Shown here in pieces: positions 1 through 8,289 of a DNA stretch of 29,575 nucleotides. Each line of letters starts with the position of its first letter. Within the stretch, counting starts at the first letter, position 1. The position numbers and the translations under genes were made by a program. Below the pieces are notes generated by a model. The model saw nothing but the letters and a program-made list of their open reading frames with translations, was not told the DNA's origin and searched no databases. This DNA is from a virus. Its lineage: Duplodnaviria; Caudoviricetes. The stretch spans positions 1 through 29,575 of the IMG/VR virus record IMGVR_UViG_3300032270_000481. One strand, given 5' to 3'.

Positions 1-84
1 AGATGACACTACTAAGCCAGATGACACTACTAAGCCAGATGACACTACTAAGCCAGATGACACTACTAAGCCAGATGACACTAC
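1..84 (+). repeat. 18-bp coding tandem repeat GATGACACTACTAAGCCA (DDTTKP), 4 full copies plus 1 partial, truncated by the window edge
   Basis: Units start at 2, 20, 38, 56 and 74; identical and in frame, with no spacers. Confidence 0.95.
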
Positions 85-448
85 ACCGGATGCGGGCAGT
101 AAAGAGCAAAAGAAAAAAGAGATCGACCAAAAGTTATCTCAAGCTACATCTAAATTAGAAGGAGCTAAAAAGAAACTAGAGGAAATAAAGAATGATGCAA
201 GTGCCGATCCTAAAGCAGTATCTGCAATAGAAGCCAACGTAAAATCTCTAGAATCTGAAGTTGAAAAACTAAATAGCGAAAAGGCTAACCTAGGTGAATC
301 TACAGAAACATTCGAACTTAATCTTAATAGTTTAATAACTAAGATTGACGAAGTTGTTGATTCTATAAATAGCCTCGTGTCTTTGACTGAATCGAACAAG
401 TATGAATCAATTGCTCAGAGATTTAGAAAAGCATATAAAAATATCTAA
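2..448 (+). CDS. 3' part of a hypothetical coiled-coil protein with PDDTTK repeats (starts before the window); possible internal head protein
   Basis: Frame 2 is open from position 2 to TAA at 446-448 (DDTTKP repeats ... ESIAQRFRKAYKNI*) and is followed by a terminator. It is missing from the ORF track because the start lies outside the window. Confidence 0.8.
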   Translation, partial: DDTTKPDDTTKPDDTTKPDDTTKPDDTTPDAGSKEQKKKEIDQKLSQATSKLEGAKKKLEEIKNDASADPKAVSAIEANVKSLESEVEKLNSEKANLGESTETFELNLNSLITKIDEVVDSINSLVSLTESNKYESIAQRFRKAYKNI

Positions 449-469
449 TACGTAATTAAATAGCATACT

Positions 470-496
470 AAAAAGCCTCTTCACTGAGGCTTTTTT
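470..496 (+). terminator. Intrinsic terminator
   Basis: AAAAGCCTC-TTCACT-GAGGCTTTT followed by a T-run. Confidence 0.85.
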
Positions 497-511
497 ATGA
501 TACATATCTAT

Positions 512-1375
512 ATGTCAGTACGTAAAACTAATTTCATTAAACCGCAAAGAGTTCCAGTCGAACCCGTAAATGTCCAAAGGGTTAATAAACCTAATCCGAT
601 ACAGAATAAACTTGATGATATAAGAGAACGTCGAGCTGCGATTAAAGCTGAAAGGCCTATACGGAATAATGTTTATGATAAACCCCATCTTAATAATAAA
701 AGAAGGGTTCAACCCAGGGCAGCTGATCCTGTTTCACATAGGCATAACCCAAGGACATATGCATATAAACCTATTCCAAAAATATGGCAAGATGAAACTG
801 TTTATATAGTTGCAGGCGGTGCAAGTCTTAAGGGGTTTGATTTTAGTAGGCTAAATGGTAAAAAAGTTATAGCTATCAATAAAGCATATCAATACGTTAG
901 CAACCCGGACGTTTTATATTGGACAGATGGTAGATTTTATAACTGGTATAAAAATGAAATAGATATTCTGAAGTGTTTGAAATTTACTGTTTCTACAAAT
1001 AATAGATCTTACACAGAAGACGTTACGGTCGTAAAGAATGTAAATATAGAATCCCTGGACTTTAATTCCAGTGAAGGGATATCTGCTTCTAATAATTCAG
1101 GTTTTGCTGCAATAGTGTTAGCCATAAAACTAGGTGCTAAGAAAATATATCTATTAGGATATGATATGAGTCATACAGGCGGCAAGTCTCATTTTCATGG
1201 CGGTTATCCAAATCTTGAAGTTAGTAGAGAACATATCTATAAGAGCATGCTTAAAAATTTTAATAATTATCATCGTCTTTTAGAAAAACACGCTCAGATT
1301 TATAATACTAATCCTAAAAGCAATCTTAGAGTTTTTCCAATGGAGGATTTGAATAGAGCATTACTTGACTCCTGA
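512..1375 (+). CDS. DUF115/MptE/Maf-like Rossmann-type transferase (possible glycosyltransferase) with a basic N-terminal extension
   Basis: Motifs IVAGGASL, VIAINKAY, DVLYWTD and NNSGFAAIVLAIKLGAKKIYLLGYDM. The start at 512 is preferred over 497 because the GATACATA promoter-like motif lies at 499-506. Confidence 0.6.
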   Translation: MSVRKTNFIKPQRVPVEPVNVQRVNKPNPIQNKLDDIRERRAAIKAERPIRNNVYDKPHLNNKRRVQPRAADPVSHRHNPRTYAYKPIPKIWQDETVYIVAGGASLKGFDFSRLNGKKVIAINKAYQYVSNPDVLYWTDGRFYNWYKNEIDILKCLKFTVSTNNRSYTEDVTVVKNVNIESLDFNSSEGISASNNSGFAAIVLAIKLGAKKIYLLGYDMSHTGGKSHFHGGYPNLEVSREHIYKSMLKNFNNYHRLLEKHAQIYNTNPKSNLRVFPMEDLNRALLDS

Positions 1376-1864
1376 TTCAAATTTTTTAATATACTTAATA
1401 TAGCTTTTCTGTTGCCCTATAAGTATGTCTTGACAATACTTCCTAAACTGAACACTTGACTCAAGTATTCTATCATCTATAATATCAGTTGAATTACCGT
1501 GAGATTTATTACAGGTGCCACACAAGAAGTTATCTACGTTGAAATTACCCATCTCTGATTTAATATCACATCTACATATACTACACATCCAGTTAATTCT
1601 TTTAGAATCTTCCAAGATCTCTTCATAGCTTGACACACGATCAGTGTATACATTGTAATAAAGTTTCAGATGGTCTTTATAGTGTATTTCATATTCAAGT
1701 ATCTTAAAAAGAACCTGAACGTACCTATCATCATGTTTAGCATGTTCTCTGATAAGTGGATTGTCTTCTAAAAATCTAATTTGATAAGGCTTAAGCTCTT
1801 TAAGTCTGATACTGTATAGCCTTTTATGATATGACTGAGCTCTTACGAACTTTACGGGTTTCAT
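1361..1864 (-). CDS. Hypothetical protein with a CxxC...CxxC zinc-binding motif
   Basis: 167-aa ORF with CSIC and CGTC; overlaps the upstream minus-strand gene by 4 nt. Confidence 0.7.
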   Translation of the reverse strand: MKPVKFVRAQSYHKRLYSIRLKELKPYQIRFLEDNPLIREHAKHDDRYVQVLFKILEYEIHYKDHLKLYYNVYTDRVSSYEEILEDSKRINWMCSICRCDIKSEMGNFNVDNFLCGTCNKSHGNSTDIIDDRILESSVQFRKYCQDILIGQQKSYIKYIKKFESGVK

Positions 1865-2181
1865 CGCATTTGTTTTAAGCGGTCCTTATACTTTTGCTTT
1901 GTTTGTTTCCATTCGGATTCTAGACCTCTAAGTGCAGCCTTTTCAGTTTCTCGTTCTACACCGTCTTTTGCAGTTTTGACATCTTCCTGATAAGCATCCT
2001 TTTTCTTTTCATACTCAAGTTTATCCTGCTTAAACTTAATATCATATCTAGCAGCAGAAGCCTTATTCGTGTATTTGTCGGCCTTTTTCATGGCCTTGTC
2101 AATTTGATCTTGAGTTGCCTTTACAGCATCTTTCTCAAGCAAAAAGCTTTCATATGTTAGGATATGTTTCATAGCAGACAT
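1861..2181 (-). CDS. Small charged coiled-coil protein, putative internal head protein
   Basis: N-terminus (MSA)MKHILTYESFLLEK; AATATATA late-type motif just upstream on the minus strand (2189-2196). Confidence 0.7.
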   Translation of the reverse strand: MSAMKHILTYESFLLEKDAVKATQDQIDKAMKKADKYTNKASAARYDIKFKQDKLEYEKKKDAYQEDVKTAKDGVERETEKAALRGLESEWKQTKQKYKDRLKQMR

Positions 2182-2196
2182 CTTTGTCTATATATT

Positions 2197-2223
2197 GAAA
2201 CTTAAACATTTGCTGTTGTATAA
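2197..2223 (+). promoter_or_regulatory. Putative promoter, AAAC-N17-TATAA class
   Basis: GAAAC at 2197-2201, 17 nt, TATAA at 2219-2223. The same geometry recurs at 20632, 21120 and 21639. Confidence 0.65.
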
Positions 2224-2238
2224 CTATAAAGTAATCAT

Positions 2239-3198
2239 ATGTCGATATCAAACATCCTATTAACTGAAAAGTACAGACCATCTACGTTAGAAGATCTAAT
2301 TATCCCAGATAGAATTAGAACCAAGTTGAATGATGGCGTCTACCAACATCTGCTATTCTTTGGTTCACCAGGTACTGGTAAAACAAGTGCAGCAAAAGCA
2401 ATGTGTCATCAGTTCGGCTTAGAGTATAGATACATCAACGCATCTGATGAAACAAGTGTAGATGTAATTCGCGAGAAAATAACTAAATTTTGTACAACTG
2501 CTTCTCTAACCTCACTTGAAGGAAAGTTAAAAGTTGTAATACTAGATGAGATCGATGGTGTAAGTGACCAGTTTAACAAAGCACTGAAAGCTACGATGGA
2601 TTCTTTTTCCAAGAACACCAGGTTTATTGCTACCACTAATCACATCAATAAAATACCAGAAGCAGTATTAAGTAGATTTGAGCAAATCAACTTTGACTTT
2701 ACTAAAGAAGAGGAAAGCGAACAGTTGAAGTTTTATATGAAGCGTGTTTATGAAATCATCAAGAAGGAAGGTGCTGATATTGAAAAGCCAGCCCTTGTTG
2801 AATTAGTTAGACGTAAATTCCCAGATCTTCGTAATACATTGACTGTACTACAAGGCTACCTTGCAGAAGGTAAGACTCTTATTACATTAGATGACGTTAA
2901 GAAATTTCATGGTGTATTTAAAGACGTGTATGAACTTATTTTCAACAATGCAGACCCTGTAAAGAATTACCAATACCTCGCTTCTGAATACAGTAATAGA
3001 GTTGATGATGTCTTAGCAGGACTGGGAGGTGACTTTGTAGAATATGTCCAAATGGAACAGCCTGCCGCAGCAAAGCATATACCTCAAATAGTAATAGCGG
3101 TAGCTGAACACCAGGCACAGCGTACTCTAGTTATCGACCAAGTAGTAACAATGCTTTCATGTGTTTACACACTGCAAAGCATTATACATTCTAAATAA
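2239..3198 (+). CDS. Clamp loader AAA+ subunit (T4 gp44/RFC-like)
   Basis: EKYRP N-terminal motif, Walker A GSPGTGKT, INASD, Walker B ILDEID, and an SRC-like LSRF motif. Confidence 0.95.
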   Translation: MSISNILLTEKYRPSTLEDLIIPDRIRTKLNDGVYQHLLFFGSPGTGKTSAAKAMCHQFGLEYRYINASDETSVDVIREKITKFCTTASLTSLEGKLKVVILDEIDGVSDQFNKALKATMDSFSKNTRFIATTNHINKIPEAVLSRFEQINFDFTKEEESEQLKFYMKRVYEIIKKEGADIEKPALVELVRRKFPDLRNTLTVLQGYLAEGKTLITLDDVKKFHGVFKDVYELIFNNADPVKNYQYLASEYSNRVDDVLAGLGGDFVEYVQMEQPAAAKHIPQIVIAVAEHQAQRTLVIDQVVTMLSCVYTLQSIIHSK

Positions 3199-3210
3199 TC
3201 TGCAAGTATC

Positions 3211-3242
3211 TTTGCTAAGTAAAAGATATTTGATAGATTTAC
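3211..3242 (+). promoter_or_regulatory. Putative Bacteroidota-type sigma-A promoter (-33 TTTG / -7 TAnnTTT)
   Basis: TTTG at 3211-3214, 19 nt, TAGATTTAC at 3234-3242, upstream of the ATG at 3259. Confidence 0.55.
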
Positions 3243-3258
3243 AAAATAACACATACCA

Positions 3259-4455
3259 ATGAGAAATCACAATTTAATCATAGACGGTAACTACTTCATT
3301 TACAGTAGATTATTTGTTTTACCTAGACAAAAAGTACCAACTGCATTTGCTGGACCTGAAGAAATCGATACGCGATTTATGTCCACTGAATCTGAAATGG
3401 CTATATTCATGCGTAAACTGGCTACAGACTTCGCTTCAGAATTGCGCAAAATAAAAAATGTTACCGGTCGTATTATCTTCACACAAGACAGTAAGTCATG
3501 GCGTAAAGATTTATTTCCAACTGCGGAATATAAAGCAAATCGTGAACAAGATAGTAAAATACACTGGGCTAATGTTCATAAAGTAGTTGAGGAATTTACA
3601 CAATTCTTAAAAGATAAGGGCGTTATCATACATAGGGTATCTGGCGCAGAAGGTGATGATTTGATATATGCATGGACCTGTGCGCTTAATAGTAAAGGTG
3701 AGAACTGTATTATCTGGACAGGTGATACAGACCTTATGCAATTAGTAAACTATAACAAGTCTACAGATTCCTATACACTATGGTATGACAATACTAGATC
3801 TAGAATTGCTGTGTATCCCGGTTTTCAAAAATACCTAGACATAAAAGATGGAAGTAAAGAAGGCGACTTTGATAGTATATTTGATGTTGACCATGTTTTA
3901 CTAATTAGCAATCAGGTTAAACAAGAACTAAAGATGTTCATTAATTCAAACAACCTTGAAGTAAATGAAATATTCTGCGATGATTATGTTTTTACTAAAA
4001 TTTTGACAGGTGATAAATCTGACAATATAAAATCCGTGTACTCAATAGAAAAAATTGGCAAAACAGGTAAACCGCGCACTAGTAGAATCAATGACGAAAA
4101 AGCAAAATCTATTGTCAATACATTCAAAAAACGCCATGGTAGATTTTCGTCAATGTATCTATTCGAAGAGTCATATAAAACAGAAATCTTAAAGATAATT
4201 TCATCTGAAATGAAACTATCTTCATATACTGAGCTCTTACCTGCACTTGAGTTAAATACGAATCTTATACTTTTACATAGTTCTACTATACCAGAAACTC
4301 TTCAAACGATTATGTTTAATCATATTGATGCAATACTCAGTGAAGATACTAGAACAGATATAAGAAACTTATTATCTAAAGAAAGTATATTACATGGTAG
4401 TGTCTATGTCGACTCTGCCAAAAGTAATAACTTACCTTCAACTAGTTTATTCTAA
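3259..4455 (+). CDS. 5'-3' exonuclease / T4 RNase H-like flap nuclease
   Basis: LIIDGN, SWRK...YKANR, EGDDLI, TGDTDLMQL and ILTGDKSDNI motifs of the FEN/5' nuclease family. Confidence 0.9.
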   Translation: MRNHNLIIDGNYFIYSRLFVLPRQKVPTAFAGPEEIDTRFMSTESEMAIFMRKLATDFASELRKIKNVTGRIIFTQDSKSWRKDLFPTAEYKANREQDSKIHWANVHKVVEEFTQFLKDKGVIIHRVSGAEGDDLIYAWTCALNSKGENCIIWTGDTDLMQLVNYNKSTDSYTLWYDNTRSRIAVYPGFQKYLDIKDGSKEGDFDSIFDVDHVLLISNQVKQELKMFINSNNLEVNEIFCDDYVFTKILTGDKSDNIKSVYSIEKIGKTGKPRTSRINDEKAKSIVNTFKKRHGRFSSMYLFEESYKTEILKIISSEMKLSSYTELLPALELNTNLILLHSSTIPETLQTIMFNHIDAILSEDTRTDIRNLLSKESILHGSVYVDSAKSNNLPSTSLF

Positions 4456-4934
4456 TGGCTAAGAAAGAAAGAAAACAAAAGGTTGAAAAAATTAAAAAAG
4501 CAAAGAGTACTGGCTACGACGGTACTCTTTTTAGCTTTGTCAAAATTTTTTTCACAGATGTTACCGCATATAATGGCTTAAAGCAATACGATAAAGCCAA
4601 GAATCGATTTATGATTAACAGATTCATGGCAATCAACTACCCTGTTATGGCTCAGCGCCTGAATAAACTTGGTACTAATGCTGCAAATGTTGTTGATAGT
4701 TGGTCGATGATTGCACAGAGATACACTAGGGTACCAGGCTGGATTTACACTAAGTTAAATAAGCAAACAAAGGTTGATAATAAAGTATATGAACCAGATC
4801 CCGACGCATTAATGTTCTATTTGAATAGATATCAAATAAGCAGACGTGATTATAAATTAGCACTAAAGTTTAACGCCGAAGCTGTTATGAAAGAAATAGA
4901 ATATATTGAAAAACAGATAAAAGCAAATGAGTGA
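4455..4934 (+). CDS. Putative clamp loader small subunit (gp62-like)
   Basis: FMINRFMA resembles the gp62 [FY]xINRxLS motif; size and proximity to gp44 fit. Similarity is weak. Confidence 0.45.
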   Translation: MAKKERKQKVEKIKKAKSTGYDGTLFSFVKIFFTDVTAYNGLKQYDKAKNRFMINRFMAINYPVMAQRLNKLGTNAANVVDSWSMIAQRYTRVPGWIYTKLNKQTKVDNKVYEPDPDALMFYLNRYQISRRDYKLALKFNAEAVMKEIEYIEKQIKANE

Positions 4935-5580
4935 TAATACTTATCCCTACTTAGATTTCCCAAATGTCATAGATATTACTTTATATAAACACAATTACTA
5001 CGATAATTTACTAGTAAACAAATTAAAAAGGGACGCAGAGTATGGTGATCTCCCTGAATTAAACGATTGTTATATTGTGCTTGCTGATGACTTCCAGGAT
5101 ATTTTTTATAAAGCATTCACAAGTGAGGTTGATAAAATAAAATCACTACCTATTACAGACCTTCAAAAGAATGCAACAAGTCTTTATTTCATGGATAAGA
5201 TCTTCTCGACTTTTACAAATCTAAAATTCGTGAAGGTCAATGTTTCAAAGGAGGCTAATTACTCAAGGGTAAATAAATCAGAAAAGGTTCCTACCATATT
5301 TTTCAATTATAAGATATCTGCATCTACTATATGCCTAGATAGAATTTTCGATTCTAATTCTCTAAGAAATATAAATAAGTTTTTAATAGAACAGGGTCTT
5401 GTGGATTATGACCCTATAATAGGGCACTCACATATAATCAATATTAGTGCCGCTGATTTTCTATCCGTACTAGAAAGGAATAATGAAAATGAGTTAGCAC
5501 CATATCTTTTTGAACTCATAGACCCAAAGACGGAATCCGATAACCCAAATATTACGATCATTACAGATTTTGAAGTCTAG
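4927..5580 (+). CDS. Hypothetical protein
   Basis: 217-aa ORF overlapping the previous gene; no motif recognised. Confidence 0.75.
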   Translation: MSDNTYPYLDFPNVIDITLYKHNYYDNLLVNKLKRDAEYGDLPELNDCYIVLADDFQDIFYKAFTSEVDKIKSLPITDLQKNATSLYFMDKIFSTFTNLKFVKVNVSKEANYSRVNKSEKVPTIFFNYKISASTICLDRIFDSNSLRNINKFLIEQGLVDYDPIIGHSHIINISAADFLSVLERNNENELAPYLFELIDPKTESDNPNITIITDFEV

Positions 5581-5633
5581 ATAAAACAGGTGTTTCCGAA
5601 TGTAAATATATAGCTAAAGAATTATTTACAAAA

Positions 5634-7592
5634 ATGGCAGTACAGGATTATATTGTTGATAAACTAGATGAAACTCTAATCATTAAATTAGCAGAACCTT
5701 ATGAAAATGTCGATAGGGTTATTGGCTACATAGATGAGGTGATAGGAGAGGATAGTGGCAATAAATTCGACAAATATTTTAGATGGTGTCAAGACAACAT
5801 TAACTTTTCAGACTGGATTCAACTTACAAATCTTAATCTTGAAAACCAGATAATAGATTCAACTAAACCATTCTGGATTGAATATAAGTATGTGGTAGTT
5901 GATCTAGAAACTGGTCATACAATGGAATTTATTTCAATTGCCCTAGAAATAGTTTCAGGTAATGGTATAGTCAAACAGGTGAAACAAGTAGGTGTCGACT
6001 GCTGTGAACCGGGTCAAATACCAAGCGGTTGCCAAAATCTAATTGTAACAGACTGTTGTGACGAAGAAGATCTATTCAACCCATATGCAATGTTGAACAA
6101 TACCAGAAGTATGTTCAGCCAATTGACAAATGTTGTGAATGATATATTCGGCCACTGTGTTAAGTATTATAAAGTAAATTCAGATCAGAGAAGTAGAGAT
6201 GTTATCTTAAATGAGTACTCCCTCTATAACGTTGTTGATATGAAAGATGTCAAGATATTAGTTCCTGATAATAATTTCCCGCCAAATGAATTTCAGTTCG
6301 ATGAATTTGGCATGGGTATAGAAGGATTTGAAATCCATATAACCAGAGAGGAGTTTCAGAAGGCATTTGGGGCCAGATCAATGCCACAAGAACGTGATTA
6401 CATTTATTTCCCACTTGTCGATAGAATGTACGAAATCAATTCAGTTGCATTAGCAGATCCTGTTGTGTATAAGGACATCTATTACAAAGCAACACTTAGG
6501 AAATGGCAAGATAGAGTTAATGTTGATACGCCAGAACCGTATAAACAAGAACTCAATGATCTCACATTAAACATAGACGAGCTATTTGATCCAGAAATAA
6601 AAGATGAGACATTAAAAATCACTAAACCTCAACAATATAGAACTATTGGAACAGGTGCAAATGATTACGTAAGAAGTGAATTATCCAAGCAACTTTCAAT
6701 ATCAGATTATAAGATTAACAATAACTGGACGATTGTATCTAAAAACCACTATGAGCTAGGAAAGCTTATACCAAATGAAATGGCTGTAAAGTATAGACAG
6801 CATGCTAGATTTACTGATACTGAAGATAGGGCATTTACATTCTGGTTTCAACCGCAGTTCGGTTTAGAAAAGGCGTTTACCAATATATCTGAAATTGCAA
6901 ATTCTAATGGTAAAGCAATGTTAGTAATGCCTAAAGATGTTAAATGGCAAGTAGGAGATCTTCTACAAATAACAGGCACTGGCGATTATGATGGGTATCA
7001 TAGAATTATACAAGCCCCAACAGGTGGTTTAGAATATGTTATAGACATTGATTATGTTTCAGGCGTTTCTGTAATAGAAGCCGGCGCAAGAAGTCTTGTT
7101 AAAACGTTCTTGATACATGGTTACGGTGGTATATTTAGCGGCCTTTCAGTTGAAGTTACAAAACAGTTTATAATAGTTTCTATAAATAACGTAGATTACT
7201 TCTTTACACACGGTGTAACGTTTGACAATACGAAATGGTACCCAATTGTTATCAATCTTTCAAATAGGTTTAAGACACTTTCTACATATCTATACGAACT
7301 AGATAAGCCTCTTAACCTTACAAATCCCCAGTTGGAAACATCCGCACTTAAACTAGTGTACAACGATCTGGTATCTTTACTTGAACCAGTTGGTATAGAT
7401 TCAGGTGATTTCTGGGCCCTATTAGCAGGCCCTGTTAACTTAACAAACATTCGCATATTTACACGTATAATAGAAGAAGAAGCACATAACATAGTCTTAA
7501 ATCAATATGTTGTTAATGATACACAATACGCTGAACTAGTAGATAATGCTATACCAGAGCTTCATCTATTGAGACTACCAAATCCAAGATAA
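5634..7592 (+). CDS. Neck/head-closure protein (T4 gp14-like) with extra N- and C-terminal domains
   Basis: Central FGHCVKYY...DVILNEY...FGMGI...PQERDYIYFPLVDRMYEINSV resembles gp14. The C-terminal part is beta-rich (LamG-like); late motif at 5605-5612. Confidence 0.7.
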   Translation: MAVQDYIVDKLDETLIIKLAEPYENVDRVIGYIDEVIGEDSGNKFDKYFRWCQDNINFSDWIQLTNLNLENQIIDSTKPFWIEYKYVVVDLETGHTMEFISIALEIVSGNGIVKQVKQVGVDCCEPGQIPSGCQNLIVTDCCDEEDLFNPYAMLNNTRSMFSQLTNVVNDIFGHCVKYYKVNSDQRSRDVILNEYSLYNVVDMKDVKILVPDNNFPPNEFQFDEFGMGIEGFEIHITREEFQKAFGARSMPQERDYIYFPLVDRMYEINSVALADPVVYKDIYYKATLRKWQDRVNVDTPEPYKQELNDLTLNIDELFDPEIKDETLKITKPQQYRTIGTGANDYVRSELSKQLSISDYKINNNWTIVSKNHYELGKLIPNEMAVKYRQHARFTDTEDRAFTFWFQPQFGLEKAFTNISEIANSNGKAMLVMPKDVKWQVGDLLQITGTGDYDGYHRIIQAPTGGLEYVIDIDYVSGVSVIEAGARSLVKTFLIHGYGGIFSGLSVEVTKQFIIVSINNVDYFFTHGVTFDNTKWYPIVINLSNRFKTLSTYLYELDKPLNLTNPQLETSALKLVYNDLVSLLEPVGIDSGDFWALLAGPVNLTNIRIFTRIIEEEAHNIVLNQYVVNDTQYAELVDNAIPELHLLRLPNPR

Positions 7593-7593
7593 T

Positions 7594-8289
7594 ATGAATG
7601 GAAAAAAGAATTACAGAAAACAGGCAGATGAAATAAGATCTTCGCTTGATGATATATTAAACGATTCAGATATGATCGATGTCCCAATCGATGCAACCGA
7701 ATTGACACCTATAAGGCCACGTAGTACATTTGACTATGGCAAAAAGAAAGCTGATGCTTCACAACAGGCTAAAAAGACTATCAATACCCTATTAAAGTTT
7801 TATCTTAGTGAAGAGATTATAGACAATGATGAGTACGTAAAAGCCAAAATGAAAATTGAGGAGATGACCTTAAGTAGTCTGATCTTTCAAATGGAAACAG
7901 CTGAACGTGCAATCACAACCCTGTTAGAGCAAATAGACGATGGTGATGTTTCACCTCGTATGTTTGAGGTATTAGGCACCTTGCAAAAGTCCATGCTTGA
8001 CATTATTAAAAGCCAGACCATGTATATGATGGCAACCGAAGAGGGTGTTAAGAAGCTTGCAAGAGACTATGATGTTTACTCAGAAACCAAAAGAATAAAG
8101 GGTGGTGAAGAGACAAAGAAATTAGAAGGCCCTACAAATGTTAACAGGGGCACTAAAAATCTTATGATGTCAATACAAAATGAGATTGAAACAAATAAAC
8201 AGGATGATGAAGCCCTGGATGCAGAGCCGTTAATCGATGATTTAGATGACGATTTTCCTGTAGAAAATTACGACGAGTATGACGAATGA
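7594..8289 (+). CDS. Terminase small subunit (gp16-like)
   Basis: SPRMFEVLGTL resembles the PRAYEV motif of T4-like small terminases; overlaps the start of the large terminase. Confidence 0.7.
   Translation: MNGKKNYRKQADEIRSSLDDILNDSDMIDVPIDATELTPIRPRSTFDYGKKKADASQQAKKTINTLLKFYLSEEIIDNDEYVKAKMKIEEMTLSSLIFQMETAERAITTLLEQIDDGDVSPRMFEVLGTLQKSMLDIIKSQTMYMMATEEGVKKLARDYDVYSETKRIKGGEETKKLEGPTNVNRGTKNLMMSIQNEIETNKQDDEALDAEPLIDDLDDDFPVENYDEYDE

Noticed and set aside
1-84. Tandem repeat as a CRISPR array
   Set aside because: No spacers; the 18-bp in-frame unit lies inside an open reading frame.
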